Part shown: one piece after another, positions 19,501 through 27,324 of the stretch
Layout of the letters: every line of letters begins with the position of its first letter
Numbering within the stretch: the first letter of the stretch is position 1
Assembly: GCA_036726225.1 (NCBI GenBank)
Contig: DAIMCS010000002.1
Coordinates: 3,994 to 67,993, forward strand
Length of the DNA stretch: 64,000 nt
Direction: 5' to 3'
Source of the DNA: Patescibacteria group bacterium
GTDB lineage: Bacteria > Patescibacteriota > Doudnabacteria > UBA920
The notes under the pieces: model-generated
The model's database searches: none
What the model was told of the DNA's origin: nothing
The model's input: the letters and a program-made list of their open reading frames with translations, nothing else
Made by a program: the position numbers and the translations under genes

Positions 19501-22500
19501 GTAAATATATTTAACCTGCGAGCTGTCAGGATTAGTTATGGTTAACCGGTTCCCGGCTCGGTCGTAAGTATAGGAAGTTGTGTAGCTGCTGCCCGTTATG
19601 ATTTTTACCTCCTGCGTAAGCTGACCTAAGGCGTTGTAGGTGTTGGTAAGGTTTACTGTCGTGGAGGAAGCCGTGCATAAACGCCCTTTGCCCTGGGTGC
19701 AGGAATCGTAGGTGTAGGTAACTTCTGTGCCACCGCTAGTGCCGGTGTGATCTTCCGTGAGTTGGCGATTAATGTCGTCGTAAGTGTAGTTAATGGTTTG
19801 AGACTTAGGGTCAATTTTTTGCGTAAGATTGCCCGCGTCGTCGTAGGTGTAAGTATAGGTGCCGTAAGTGGCGTCTGACGGCGAGTGCAAGTCTTGGGCA
19901 GTAAGTCTTCTGCCTAAACCGTCATAAGTAAAGCTTCGGGTGCTGCTGGCAGAATCCGTAATAGTTAAAAGATTACCCAAATAGTCGTAAGTGTAAGCGG
20001 TTGGGTGGATGGAAGCGCCGTTGCGCTCATCTACCTGTTTTAAATTACCATAGGCATCGCTATGTAAATCTTTAAGTTTGCCGTTGGGGTCTGTGACGGT
20101 AGTTTTCCAATCCTGAAAAGCTGTAGTGGTGGTGCCGTTGGCATTGGTGGTTGTTCCCACCCGGTATAAAGCGTCGTAAGTATAGTTTATAAATAAGGCA
20201 GATGTGGAAGTCGCGGTCGTGCTGGCTAAGCCGGACGAAAAATAAGGCAAAGATTCTTTTTGCAAAGAACCAATGTTATTGTAAACATAATCTTTAACAG
20301 AATAGTTGCTGCCTTCCGCCTCTTTGCGCTCCTGCTTTTTTCTGCCCAAGCCGTCCAGATATAAGTAGCTGTCTGTACTCGTGCTGGTGTCTAAGTAGAC
20401 TGACTTTTTTACGCTAAATGAACTGGTGGCGTTAGTGTAAGTAAAAGTTACTGCGGTCAGTAAAGTGGAAGTGGCGCTCGGGTCCGGCTGTTTTTGTTCA
20501 ATTACCCGGTCTAAGCCGTCGTACACATTTACAAAAATGTTTCCGTTTGGGTCTGTTGTGGTGGCAATTTTACCCGAAGAATAGTCGTAAGTCAGCTGAG
20601 TTGCCTGGCTAAGCGGGTTTAAAACCGTTGCGGGATAAAGATTAAAGCTGTCGTAGGTGTAAGTTGTAGTTTTGTCCCTTGGGTCTTTTTCCGAAGTAAC
20701 CAGACCGTAAGCGTTGTAAGTTTTTTCAATATCAACATAGGTAGAACTTGCCTTCCACATTTCTTGCTTGGTCAAATTTCCCTTATTTACAAGTCCTAAG
20801 TTTAAACTGTCATAATAATATTTATTCTCCTTAACTTTAGTGCTCCCGTTGTTAACTGTGGATTCAGTTGCCAATAAACTCATGGCAGAGGTCGTTGAAC
20901 TTGTGGCGTATGTATAAGTGGTGGTAAAATCGTCTGTTCCGGAATCGCTGAAGGTGCCGTCATCGCTGCCGGTTACTTCCCCATATTCAATTTTTTGGGT
21001 AATATTGCCTTTAGAATTGTTATAAGTGTAGCTTTCGGCTTTGTCCTTGTGGCTTGCGTCGCCGTCGTAAGTAAATTCCACTGTTTGGGCAAGCTTAACA
21101 AAGCCTGCCAGACCGTTAGCAGTGGTTGTTGCGCTATCCCATTTGTTAATTGTCTTTTTGAATAAGTTACTGTTTGCGTTGTATTGTTCAACCCTGTAAG
21201 GCTTGCCGATTTTAAAATAGTTGTCAGAAAATTCGCCGGTGGAGGTGGCGCTTGTGTTGCCCTGATGAAAAAAGGTTTTGGTCACATTTCCGGCCGCGTC
21301 GGTCTTGTCTACCTGGTTAAAGCCAGCAAAGCGCCTGTCAAAAGGACCGTTGAAATAATACTTGCCTCCACTGTAAGTAAAAGATTCTGCTGTACTGGTT
21401 GCTCCGTTTTCGCTTGTGGTAATTTGACTTACAGTCTGAACAATTAAGGGTAAGGTATTTAACTGAGTAGTGCTGGCATAATATTGGGAGGATGGTTTGT
21501 AGCTAATTTCGGTTTTACCGCCTGTTGGGTAAGTGATTCGGGTAAGTACATCTACCGGTTTTATATTGTTAACATTACTGCCTGATATATCATTAAAATA
21601 ATAAAAAGAATCGGCTAAGCCATTTCCATCTAAATCTCCGATTAATGAATGAGTGTAATGTGGTACGGAGTTATCGCTAAACTGGGCATAGCTTCCGTCG
21701 CCAATATCATCACTCCAACCATTACCTGTGTTTAAATAAGTTCTACGCGTCAGTTCGCCATCCCGTAAAGACTGGTTAATATCGGGTAAACCATCACCAT
21801 TGTACTCAAATACTCTTACGCCGTCATCGCCCCAGGTAGTTTGCAAATTTAGGGGTGGGGCGTAGCGAGAATAGCTATCCCAAGTGCTTGAGCTGTTGTT
21901 TATGTAAGCTTGTTTTTCGCTGCTACTGCCATCGTGGTAACCTCGTAAAAAGTCTGTTAATGTGTCCCCATTTAAATCAGCATTTATTCTTCCGCTTTTC
22001 GGGACTAACGGAAGAGTCCAGCTATTGCTTTGGGTCCAACCTTGACCGTTGTTTAAATAGACATGGTAATAAACAAAAGCCCCGTCTTCTAACATCCTAA
22101 AAATGTCCGGTAAACTGTCACCGTTAATATCACCAATTTCAGCGAACCTCTGATTACCCACGTTGGTAGTACCGTCTGAAAAGGACAAAAGAGGATTCCA
22201 GGTAGAACTGGCGGTCCAGCCTGCACCGGTATTTAAATAGGCTGCGCCTCCATAAGCATTGCTGGCACTAAGCATATCTTCCAATCCATCTCCGTTAACA
22301 TCCGCCATCCTGACACCCAAATCACACCACGGGTCTGTACAGCTACCTCCGTAAGCATAAAAATCGATAGGAGGCTGGTAAGTACTGGTGGCCGTAAAAA
22401 TACTTTGACCATTGTTTAACCACGCAACCCGTGTGGAACTCGCGCTTTGGTCTTTTGCCGCGTACATAATGTCAGTAAAACCATCCCCGTTAATGTCGCT

Positions 22501-24462
22501 GGCTATGGCGTAGTTTAAAGCGCTAGGCGGAGTGAAACTGGCATTACTAGACCAGCCCCCTTGTCGGGCTTGATAAGTAAATAGCGTTGAAGGCAAGCTC
22601 GTAGTACTGCCGTTATCGTCAATGCCGTTTTCGGTAACGCCGCTTAAAAGAGACCTGTAACCATTGTCACCGGTTGTGTAACTAAGAGAATATTTTTTAT
22701 GTAAACTTGTATCCTTCTTAATGTTTATTTCTTTTATACGTGAATTGGTTACTACTTGAAAACCAGTTTTTGTAGATGTAGAAGTGTCTGTCCTCGTTTC
22801 CCGGTTAAATTCAATATTATATAGAGGTGTGCTCGTGGTATTGCCGGCGTAATAAATGTTGGAAGGATAAATTTGAGAGCCGGATTTATAATAGCCGTAC
22901 TTTATTTGGTTACCATTGGTGTCCAGAACTCTGTCTAACAGCCATTTATAAATACGGCTTGGATTTTGCGGGTCTGCAAGTGTTGGTGATACACTTTGCC
23001 CCGACCCGCCGGACGGATATAGACTAAGGACTTCAGAACCACTTAAGTTTCTGTTAAAAGCAGCAACATCGTCTACAATGCCGCTGGCTTTGTTGCCTCC
23101 GTGGATTGCAGCGCCGACAACATAGCCTGAAGCTCCATAAGTCCCGCTTCCGCCCCCACTGGCCGACACATTTCCAACGTCAACCCCATTCATATAACCG
23201 CGCAGAGTAGAGCCGTTATACGTTACGGTCAGCATTGTAAAAATGCTGGTTGGCAGCGTGGTGGCATAAGTAACAGCAGTATCAGACACCCCTGTTTTTT
23301 GGTATATAAACTGTACTTTAGGAGTTCCGCTGTCATCAAAGTAGTCTATGCGAATATTTACTTTGTCAGTATCGGAAAATGCTCCGCCTAACTCCCATCT
23401 TGCGCTCCCGGTTGGTGAAGACGGGGGTTTGTACCACAGGTTTAAACTAAAGCCGCTTAAAAATGAATCCGAGTTTGGGTCCCGGCTATTCGTTAAATAA
23501 CGAGTTGAGTTACTAAAACCAAAATCAGAGCCATTGGCAAACTGTCCCGGGTTAAAAGGTGTTGAGCCGTTATTGGTCAGGTTATTACCAATTGTGGCAG
23601 ACGTGTTTTCGAGCCTAAAATATTGTTTTAAATTCGCGTCGTTGTAAAGCGAAGTTGAATACAATTCCACCGGCAAGCTTGCTTCAGGGTCACCAAAATA
23701 AAACCGGTTTCCTTTTTTGTCCGTAGCAGTCCAAACATTATTAGAAAAGACATAATTTAAAAATTCGCCGTTGTCTACTCTTGAAACATAAGTCGTGCTG
23801 GCGGTTGTGCTGGCAACAAGCTCGCCTGACAAAGACGAACTGAAATAACTCGTTGTGGAAATATTATTGTAGATGTTGTTAAGGCCGCTTTTATTTAATC
23901 TTTCAATATAAGGTATATTAATGCCCCAACCGGCGCCAAATTGGGAATCTATTTCTTTACTGTTTTGGCTGTTGTATTGAAGTTTTAAATCGGGCTGAAA
24001 GCCGTTGCGTCCGGGAGGCACAGCAATGGGGTATTCAGTCAGCAAAGAACCGCTGCTTTCATCGGCGTGGACAGGGGAAGCGGGTTTATAACCGGTTTCA
24101 ATTCTCGGATCCGGGTCCGAAGAGTCTAATAGCATTTCCGGTGGGGGTTCTTCGCTTTCGAGCTGTTGGTCAATCTGGCCGCTTTCTTCCGTAGGCTGTA
24201 GTTGTTCTTGGGGTAAAGGGTTAGGTTCGGGTGTGGGGGTAATTAATTCCGTTTCAGGCGTTGTTGTATTGTTCGATTCTAAGGAGGGGATAGTTGTAGT
24301 TGTTTGTGCAAAAGCGGAGGCTAAGGGAGTGAATAAAAAAGAAAAAGCTAACAAAATTGCTGTTAGCTTTTTAACTGCGTTAAATTTTAATACTTCAAAA
24401 AAGTCTTCTATAGAGGGCCCGGGAGCTTCGGGAAAGAGTTTTGTAATTTGATTCTCTTTCAT
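16498..24462 (-). CDS. Giant Rhs/YD-repeat polymorphic toxin (2654 aa): signal-like N-terminus, LamG-like domain, FG-GAP/VCBS-like repeats, YD repeats, P/E-rich linker, second LamG + YD-repeat/Rhs core, C-terminal toxin tip
   Basis: Numerous YD repeats (YTYDALYRV, YTYDYLGNL, FTYDGLGRRL, YTYDDAGNL). FG-GAP-like DINGDGFTDI/DVNGDGLEDM motifs. Rhs core end RYFNGANAKFISQDP...NLNTYSYALNNPIVNTDPTG followed by a ~210-aa unique tip. The LamG-like block (WELGGAFSDTDKVN...GIVDDVAAFNR) occurs twice. Confidence 0.85.
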   Translation of the reverse strand: MKENQITKLFPEAPGPSIEDFFEVLKFNAVKKLTAILLAFSFLFTPLASAFAQTTTTIPSLESNNTTTPETELITPTPEPNPLPQEQLQPTEESGQIDQQLESEEPPPEMLLDSSDPDPRIETGYKPASPVHADESSGSLLTEYPIAVPPGRNGFQPDLKLQYNSQNSKEIDSQFGAGWGINIPYIERLNKSGLNNIYNNISTTSYFSSSLSGELVASTTASTTYVSRVDNGEFLNYVFSNNVWTATDKKGNRFYFGDPEASLPVELYSTSLYNDANLKQYFRLENTSATIGNNLTNNGSTPFNPGQFANGSDFGFSNSTRYLTNSRDPNSDSFLSGFSLNLWYKPPSSPTGSARWELGGAFSDTDKVNIRIDYFDDSGTPKVQFIYQKTGVSDTAVTYATTLPTSIFTMLTVTYNGSTLRGYMNGVDVGNVSASGGGSGTYGASGYVVGAAIHGGNKASGIVDDVAAFNRNLSGSEVLSLYPSGGSGQSVSPTLADPQNPSRIYKWLLDRVLDTNGNQIKYGYYKSGSQIYPSNIYYAGNTTSTPLYNIEFNRETRTDTSTSTKTGFQVVTNSRIKEINIKKDTSLHKKYSLSYTTGDNGYRSLLSGVTENGIDDNGSTTSLPSTLFTYQARQGGWSSNASFTPPSALNYAIASDINGDGFTDIMYAAKDQSASSTRVAWLNNGQSIFTATSTYQPPIDFYAYGGSCTDPWCDLGVRMADVNGDGLEDMLSASNAYGGAAYLNTGAGWTASSTWNPLLSFSDGTTNVGNQRFAEIGDINGDSLPDIFRMLEDGAFVYYHVYLNNGQGWTQSNSWTLPLVPKSGRINADLNGDTLTDFLRGYHDGSSSEKQAYINNSSSTWDSYSRYAPPLNLQTTWGDDGVRVFEYNGDGLPDINQSLRDGELTRRTYLNTGNGWSDDIGDGSYAQFSDNSVPHYTHSLIGDLDGNGLADSFYYFNDISGSNVNNIKPVDVLTRITYPTGGKTEISYKPSSQYYASTTQLNTLPLIVQTVSQITTSENGATSTAESFTYSGGKYYFNGPFDRRFAGFNQVDKTDAAGNVTKTFFHQGNTSATSTGEFSDNYFKIGKPYRVEQYNANSNLFKKTINKWDSATTTANGLAGFVKLAQTVEFTYDGDASHKDKAESYTYNNSKGNITQKIEYGEVTGSDDGTFSDSGTDDFTTTYTYATSSTTSAMSLLATESTVNNGSTKVKENKYYYDSLNLGLVNKGNLTKQEMWKASSTYVDIEKTYNAYGLVTSEKDPRDKTTTYTYDSFNLYPATVLNPLSQATQLTYDYSSGKIATTTDPNGNIFVNVYDGLDRVIEQKQPDPSATSTLLTAVTFTYTNATSSFSVKKSVYLDTSTSTDSYLYLDGLGRKKQERKEAEGSNYSVKDYVYNNIGSLQKESLPYFSSGLASTTATSTSALFINYTYDALYRVGTTTNANGTTTTAFQDWKTTVTDPNGKLKDLHSDAYGNLKQVDERNGASIHPTAYTYDYLGNLLTITDSASSTRSFTYDGLGRRLTAQDLHSPSDATYGTYTYTYDDAGNLTQKIDPKSQTINYTYDDINRQLTEDHTGTSGGTEVTYTYDSCTQGKGRLCTASSTTVNLTNTYNALGQLTQEVKIITGSSYTTSYTYDRAGNRLTITNPDSSQVKYIYNSAGLLDQVQRKESTDGSYTDVVSSYDYSPLEQPTVITFANGAITTNTYDVAHMYRLQQKVTRLPSEESMMFGEGESGQEESQMDAQESLGQVQEPAIVDEEATPELLPNNEDEKIKEEEELKQKETLGKAEVIVADPPPEYIASDTPENLIDQAPAAENNTATSTSSQEEEATPTSTQGSVLEEPVMPVPEVVEATTSPEIITPQPTNLTTPESQLTPQPEEVLPQEIQEEGVLSKIYRAFANGVSKAFGFLIAQFTPKTANAAAVELYETSLYTDPNIQEYFRLENTTASVGSNLTNNGSTPFNSAKFNNGADMGSSNSSKWLNNTNDPNGYSFLSGFTLNFWYKPPAAPTGGARWELGGAFSDTDKVNMRIDYYDDSGTPKLLYIYQKNSVSDNQVSYSTTVPTSYFSMLTLSYNGSSTKAYINGTYLGTISVSGGGSGTYGVSGAVVGAAIHGGNKADGIVDDFSIFNRALTDEEISDLYTGDWPVPPSPGPAIQDLTYTYDNNGNITQIRESASTTLERVVTYSYDDLNRLTNASTTAASTTPYNYSYTYSSVGNILTRVENGTTTTYTYATGTAAYLNPHAVATTTVATSTSFTYDNNGNLTSTAIGTSTQASYTWDYNNRLTQALGNNATSTYSYDPWGQRVKMTVATTSSATTYYPTKEYNITGSVPTKHIFLPDGTMIATIVGTGTSTTVSYIHTDHLGGPNVSTSDSGEVVQLVDTYPYGTFRLDEQNGFNEQRKGISGHEYDPTSSLTYMNSRYFNGANAKFISQDPAFLAMGDSRQLREMTNQQLKEYLSNPQNLNTYSYALNNPIVNTDPTGNAATLAMPFAKIGAGILSGISATALGIGAAIGVLVFPRTANAPAITDAEREAMTPQPFIGPIMPADQSNDKIETPRGLAPDGVAPPVENPGELKVGPASRPSEGKEGGKSYWDSKGGEWRYFPGDERHNPHWDYNPHKPGQPPGPDGKQGNEWRNVPIGNDSPLKNNPSSNTPKK

Positions 24463-24602
24463 GCAAATATTCTAACTTAGGCTTAACTAAAAGTAAAATA
24501 AGCATTGTGGATAACTTTATAAATAATGTTAGCTCTTGTAAACGAAATTTTAGGAACCTTTAGTAATTCAGCATAAATTATTGTTAACAGATAACAACAA
24601 AT

Positions 24603-26030
24603 TTAAGTTTGGGTTTTGGTAAGGTCCACCAAAGTAGTTTCGGTAAGGCCGTTATGTATTGGCACGGTAAAAATAAAACTTGAGCCTTTGTCTAGCCCTT
24701 GGCTTTCCGCCCAAAGCTTTCCTTTATGCTGCTCTACAATAACTTTGGCAACATAAAGGCCAAGCCCAAGGCCTGCACTTTGCTTGGAAGACTCTTTTCC
24801 ACGTTTGAATTTTTCAAAAATTTCATCTTTTTCGTCTTCCGACATCCCTTTGCCCGTATCGGTAACACTAAAACGTATTTCTTCGTCAGTAGAAGAAAGG
24901 TCAACTGTAATACTTCCCTTTTTGGTGTATTTAATGGAGTTGTCTATAAAGTTGTTCATAACCTGCCTAATTTTTTCTTTGTCTGCCATTATTTGCGGTA
25001 CAGATTTTGGCATGTTGAATGCCAGCTTTAATCCTTTTTCCTTCGCAATGGGTTGAAGCTGCTCAAAAGTTATTTTGGCTAGGTCTAAAAGGTTGACCTC
25101 TTGGAATAAAAATTCCATTTTGCCGCGTTCAATACGGGAGACATTTAACATATCGTCAATAAGCGCAATAAGTGAGTTGTTGGTGCGTGCAGTCTTTTCC
25201 AGGGTCTCTTTTAGGCCGTCGTCAACTTTGCCGTAGTCTCCGGCTAAAATTGAGCTTAAAAACCACTTTATAGTTGCCGGCGGCGTGCGCAGCTGATGGC
25301 TGGCAATGGTAATAAACTCCGACCTGGCTTTGTCTAATGCTTCGAGCTGTTCGTTGGCTTTTTGTAATTCTTCGTAGAGTATTGCTTTGTCTAATGCAAC
25401 AGCAATTACGTCGACACAGTTTTTCACAGATTCTTTTTCAAAATCACTTAAGCCACTGTATTCTCGGTTAATTGCTAAAACTAAAAGCCCAGTTGTCCGA
25501 TTCTGGCTCAATAGTGGGTATAAGAGCACATTTTTTATATGAGATTCTTCCGCAATAGTTTTTAAATTGGAGTCGTTTATAATTCCGCCCCACACGTCAT
25601 TTAATCTGGAATTTAAAGATGGAATTTTATTTCGTATTACATTGGTTAAAACAGGTTTGGCCGATACAGAGTTAATAATAAAATCTCTAAACATAAAGCC
25701 CGTATGTTTTAAAGCTGTAAGAAGGCGTTCAGATTTAGAAAAAATAAAAGGGTAGAGGGTGTCATCTGCTTCGTGAAAGGAAAAAACCCCTACCGTTTCC
25801 ATATTTAAATCGACCCTGACCTCTTCCGACATTTTTTCGGAAAGCGAGGCTGGGTCTAAAGTTAAAAGGCTAACTTGATAAAGCTTTCGCAAAAGCGAAA
25901 GCGTTTTATTTACGACTGCTAGCTCAATGTTGCGCCTGTAGATTTCTTCGTTTATTTCTTGAAGATGTTGATCCATGGGAGCTTCGGTGGTTACTGACTT
26001 GTCTTTTTTTACTTCCTTACGTTTCGGCAT
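24603..26030 (-). CDS. Cytoplasmic sensor histidine kinase (GAF-like sensor + HisKA + HATPase_c)
   Basis: H-box ASHQLRTPPATIKW. ATPase G-boxes DTGKGMSEDE and GLGLGLYVAKVIVEQHKGKL. No TM segments and no adjacent response regulator. Confidence 0.8.
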   Translation of the reverse strand: MPKRKEVKKDKSVTTEAPMDQHLQEINEEIYRRNIELAVVNKTLSLLRKLYQVSLLTLDPASLSEKMSEEVRVDLNMETVGVFSFHEADDTLYPFIFSKSERLLTALKHTGFMFRDFIINSVSAKPVLTNVIRNKIPSLNSRLNDVWGGIINDSNLKTIAEESHIKNVLLYPLLSQNRTTGLLVLAINREYSGLSDFEKESVKNCVDVIAVALDKAILYEELQKANEQLEALDKARSEFITIASHQLRTPPATIKWFLSSILAGDYGKVDDGLKETLEKTARTNNSLIALIDDMLNVSRIERGKMEFLFQEVNLLDLAKITFEQLQPIAKEKGLKLAFNMPKSVPQIMADKEKIRQVMNNFIDNSIKYTKKGSITVDLSSTDEEIRFSVTDTGKGMSEDEKDEIFEKFKRGKESSKQSAGLGLGLYVAKVIVEQHKGKLWAESQGLDKGSSFIFTVPIHNGLTETTLVDLTKTQT

Positions 26031-26107
26031 ATGCCTATAAACTTTATTTCTTATTTACATAGAGAAAGTCTGGATGTCAATAATATTAATGGGCTAAATT
26101 TTAGGGT

Positions 26108-26395
26108 TTATTTAAGGGAGGATGGTACTTCTGAAGGTGGAAGATCTGCCACTAAACTCATTACGGCCTCTTTGCAAACTTCGCGTGCGGCTCTTCCGAA
26201 TAGACTGCCGTATTGGTTTACTAGGTTATCAACTATATTAATAGCATTAGCGGTTTCTTCTATTGATATTAATCCGTTTTTTTGATCAACAATTTTTAAG
26301 CCTTTTACTTTACCTGCCTCATGCCAAGCCACAGGACCCATAAGTAATTCCTGTTCTCTTATAATTTTTATGGCTATTTGATCGTATTTGCTCAT
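26108..26395 (-). CDS. Hypothetical small protein
   Basis: Complete 95-aa ORF, no recognisable motif. Confidence 0.35.
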   Translation of the reverse strand: MSKYDQIAIKIIREQELLMGPVAWHEAGKVKGLKIVDQKNGLISIEETANAINIVDNLVNQYGSLFGRAAREVCKEAVMSLVADLPPSEVPSSLK

Positions 26396-26421
26396 ACAGT
26401 GTAACTTTTGATTCCGGTTTT

Positions 26422-27240
26422 TTAAGATTCTTTAAGTTCGCAAAACCCAAGGACGCCGAAAGTTAAAAGGAAAGTGCCTGTGGTTAGAAGCAAATCCCCC
26501 CAATTACCATTGTAGTAAGTTCCAGCGGTCGTAGCGTAAGAAAAAGCAGTATCACCCAAAAACATTACAGCGAGTCCTAAAAGAACAGATGCTATATCGA
26601 GCGTGTATTTGCCCCCCATGTATTTAAACGAAAGACCTGAAATTATTGTCGCAATTGCCAGCGCTACAAAGTCCCCAAGTGGGTATGCGATATCAAGAAT
26701 TGTTTTTAGTGCTGTTTCTCCCGCAGGAACCAGTACGCCTCCACGCGCAACTATAACTTGTAAATAATAAGTAGCGAACAAAATCACAAAAGGGGCTATG
26801 ATTACGAAAACTTTGGAAATTTTGTTACGCAGGCCGAATTTGGCTCCTGTCACTTTAGACAGGTAAAATGCCCCTAGCCCGTAGAAAAATATACTTGGAG
26901 CGAAGCCAAGGTCAGCCAAAGAGGGATAAGGGGCTGGTTGGTTTAAAAAAAAGTTATAGTACGACCAAATCATTTCTCCGCATCCCCACAAAAAAATGCC
27001 AATGCCAATAAAAAAGATAGCCTTTCCTAAGGCAGTTTTAAGGCCTCCCCAGACTTTGGAGTTGAACATGGCCATTAGTCCTCCCAACAAAGGAACCAGG
27101 CCAAAAAGAAAAGAGTAAAGGTAATTATAAAAACCTTCCGTGCTTTTTGTTGCAAAAAGGGTAGTCCAAAAAATGAGCAAAAAAATGTAAAAACCAAGAC
27201 TGATTCTTTGTGGAAGATTTAGATTTGCTTCTTTAAACAT
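26422..27240 (-). CDS. Polytopic membrane protein, unknown function
   Basis: About 8 hydrophobic segments. Confidence 0.45.
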   Translation of the reverse strand: MFKEANLNLPQRISLGFYIFLLIFWTTLFATKSTEGFYNYLYSFLFGLVPLLGGLMAMFNSKVWGGLKTALGKAIFFIGIGIFLWGCGEMIWSYYNFFLNQPAPYPSLADLGFAPSIFFYGLGAFYLSKVTGAKFGLRNKISKVFVIIAPFVILFATYYLQVIVARGGVLVPAGETALKTILDIAYPLGDFVALAIATIISGLSFKYMGGKYTLDIASVLLGLAVMFLGDTAFSYATTAGTYYNGNWGDLLLTTGTFLLTFGVLGFCELKES

Positions 27241-27324
27241 AAAGCTTTGTTTATTTTTTAGGCTGATATTCTTCCGATGCCAAGAATATTTAACATTTTA
27301 ATTATATAGTTTTGATTTTTGGTG

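Noticed and set aside
17467-23027. Many 60-125-aa ORFs on the + strand inside the giant Rhs gene (e.g. 17467..17682, 18331..18627, 18848..19222, 21184..21447, 21855..22100).
   Set aside because: They are antisense to a 2654-aa ORF with strong protein-level evidence. Their low-complexity, Cys/Arg-rich translations are typical of out-of-frame reads of a long gene.
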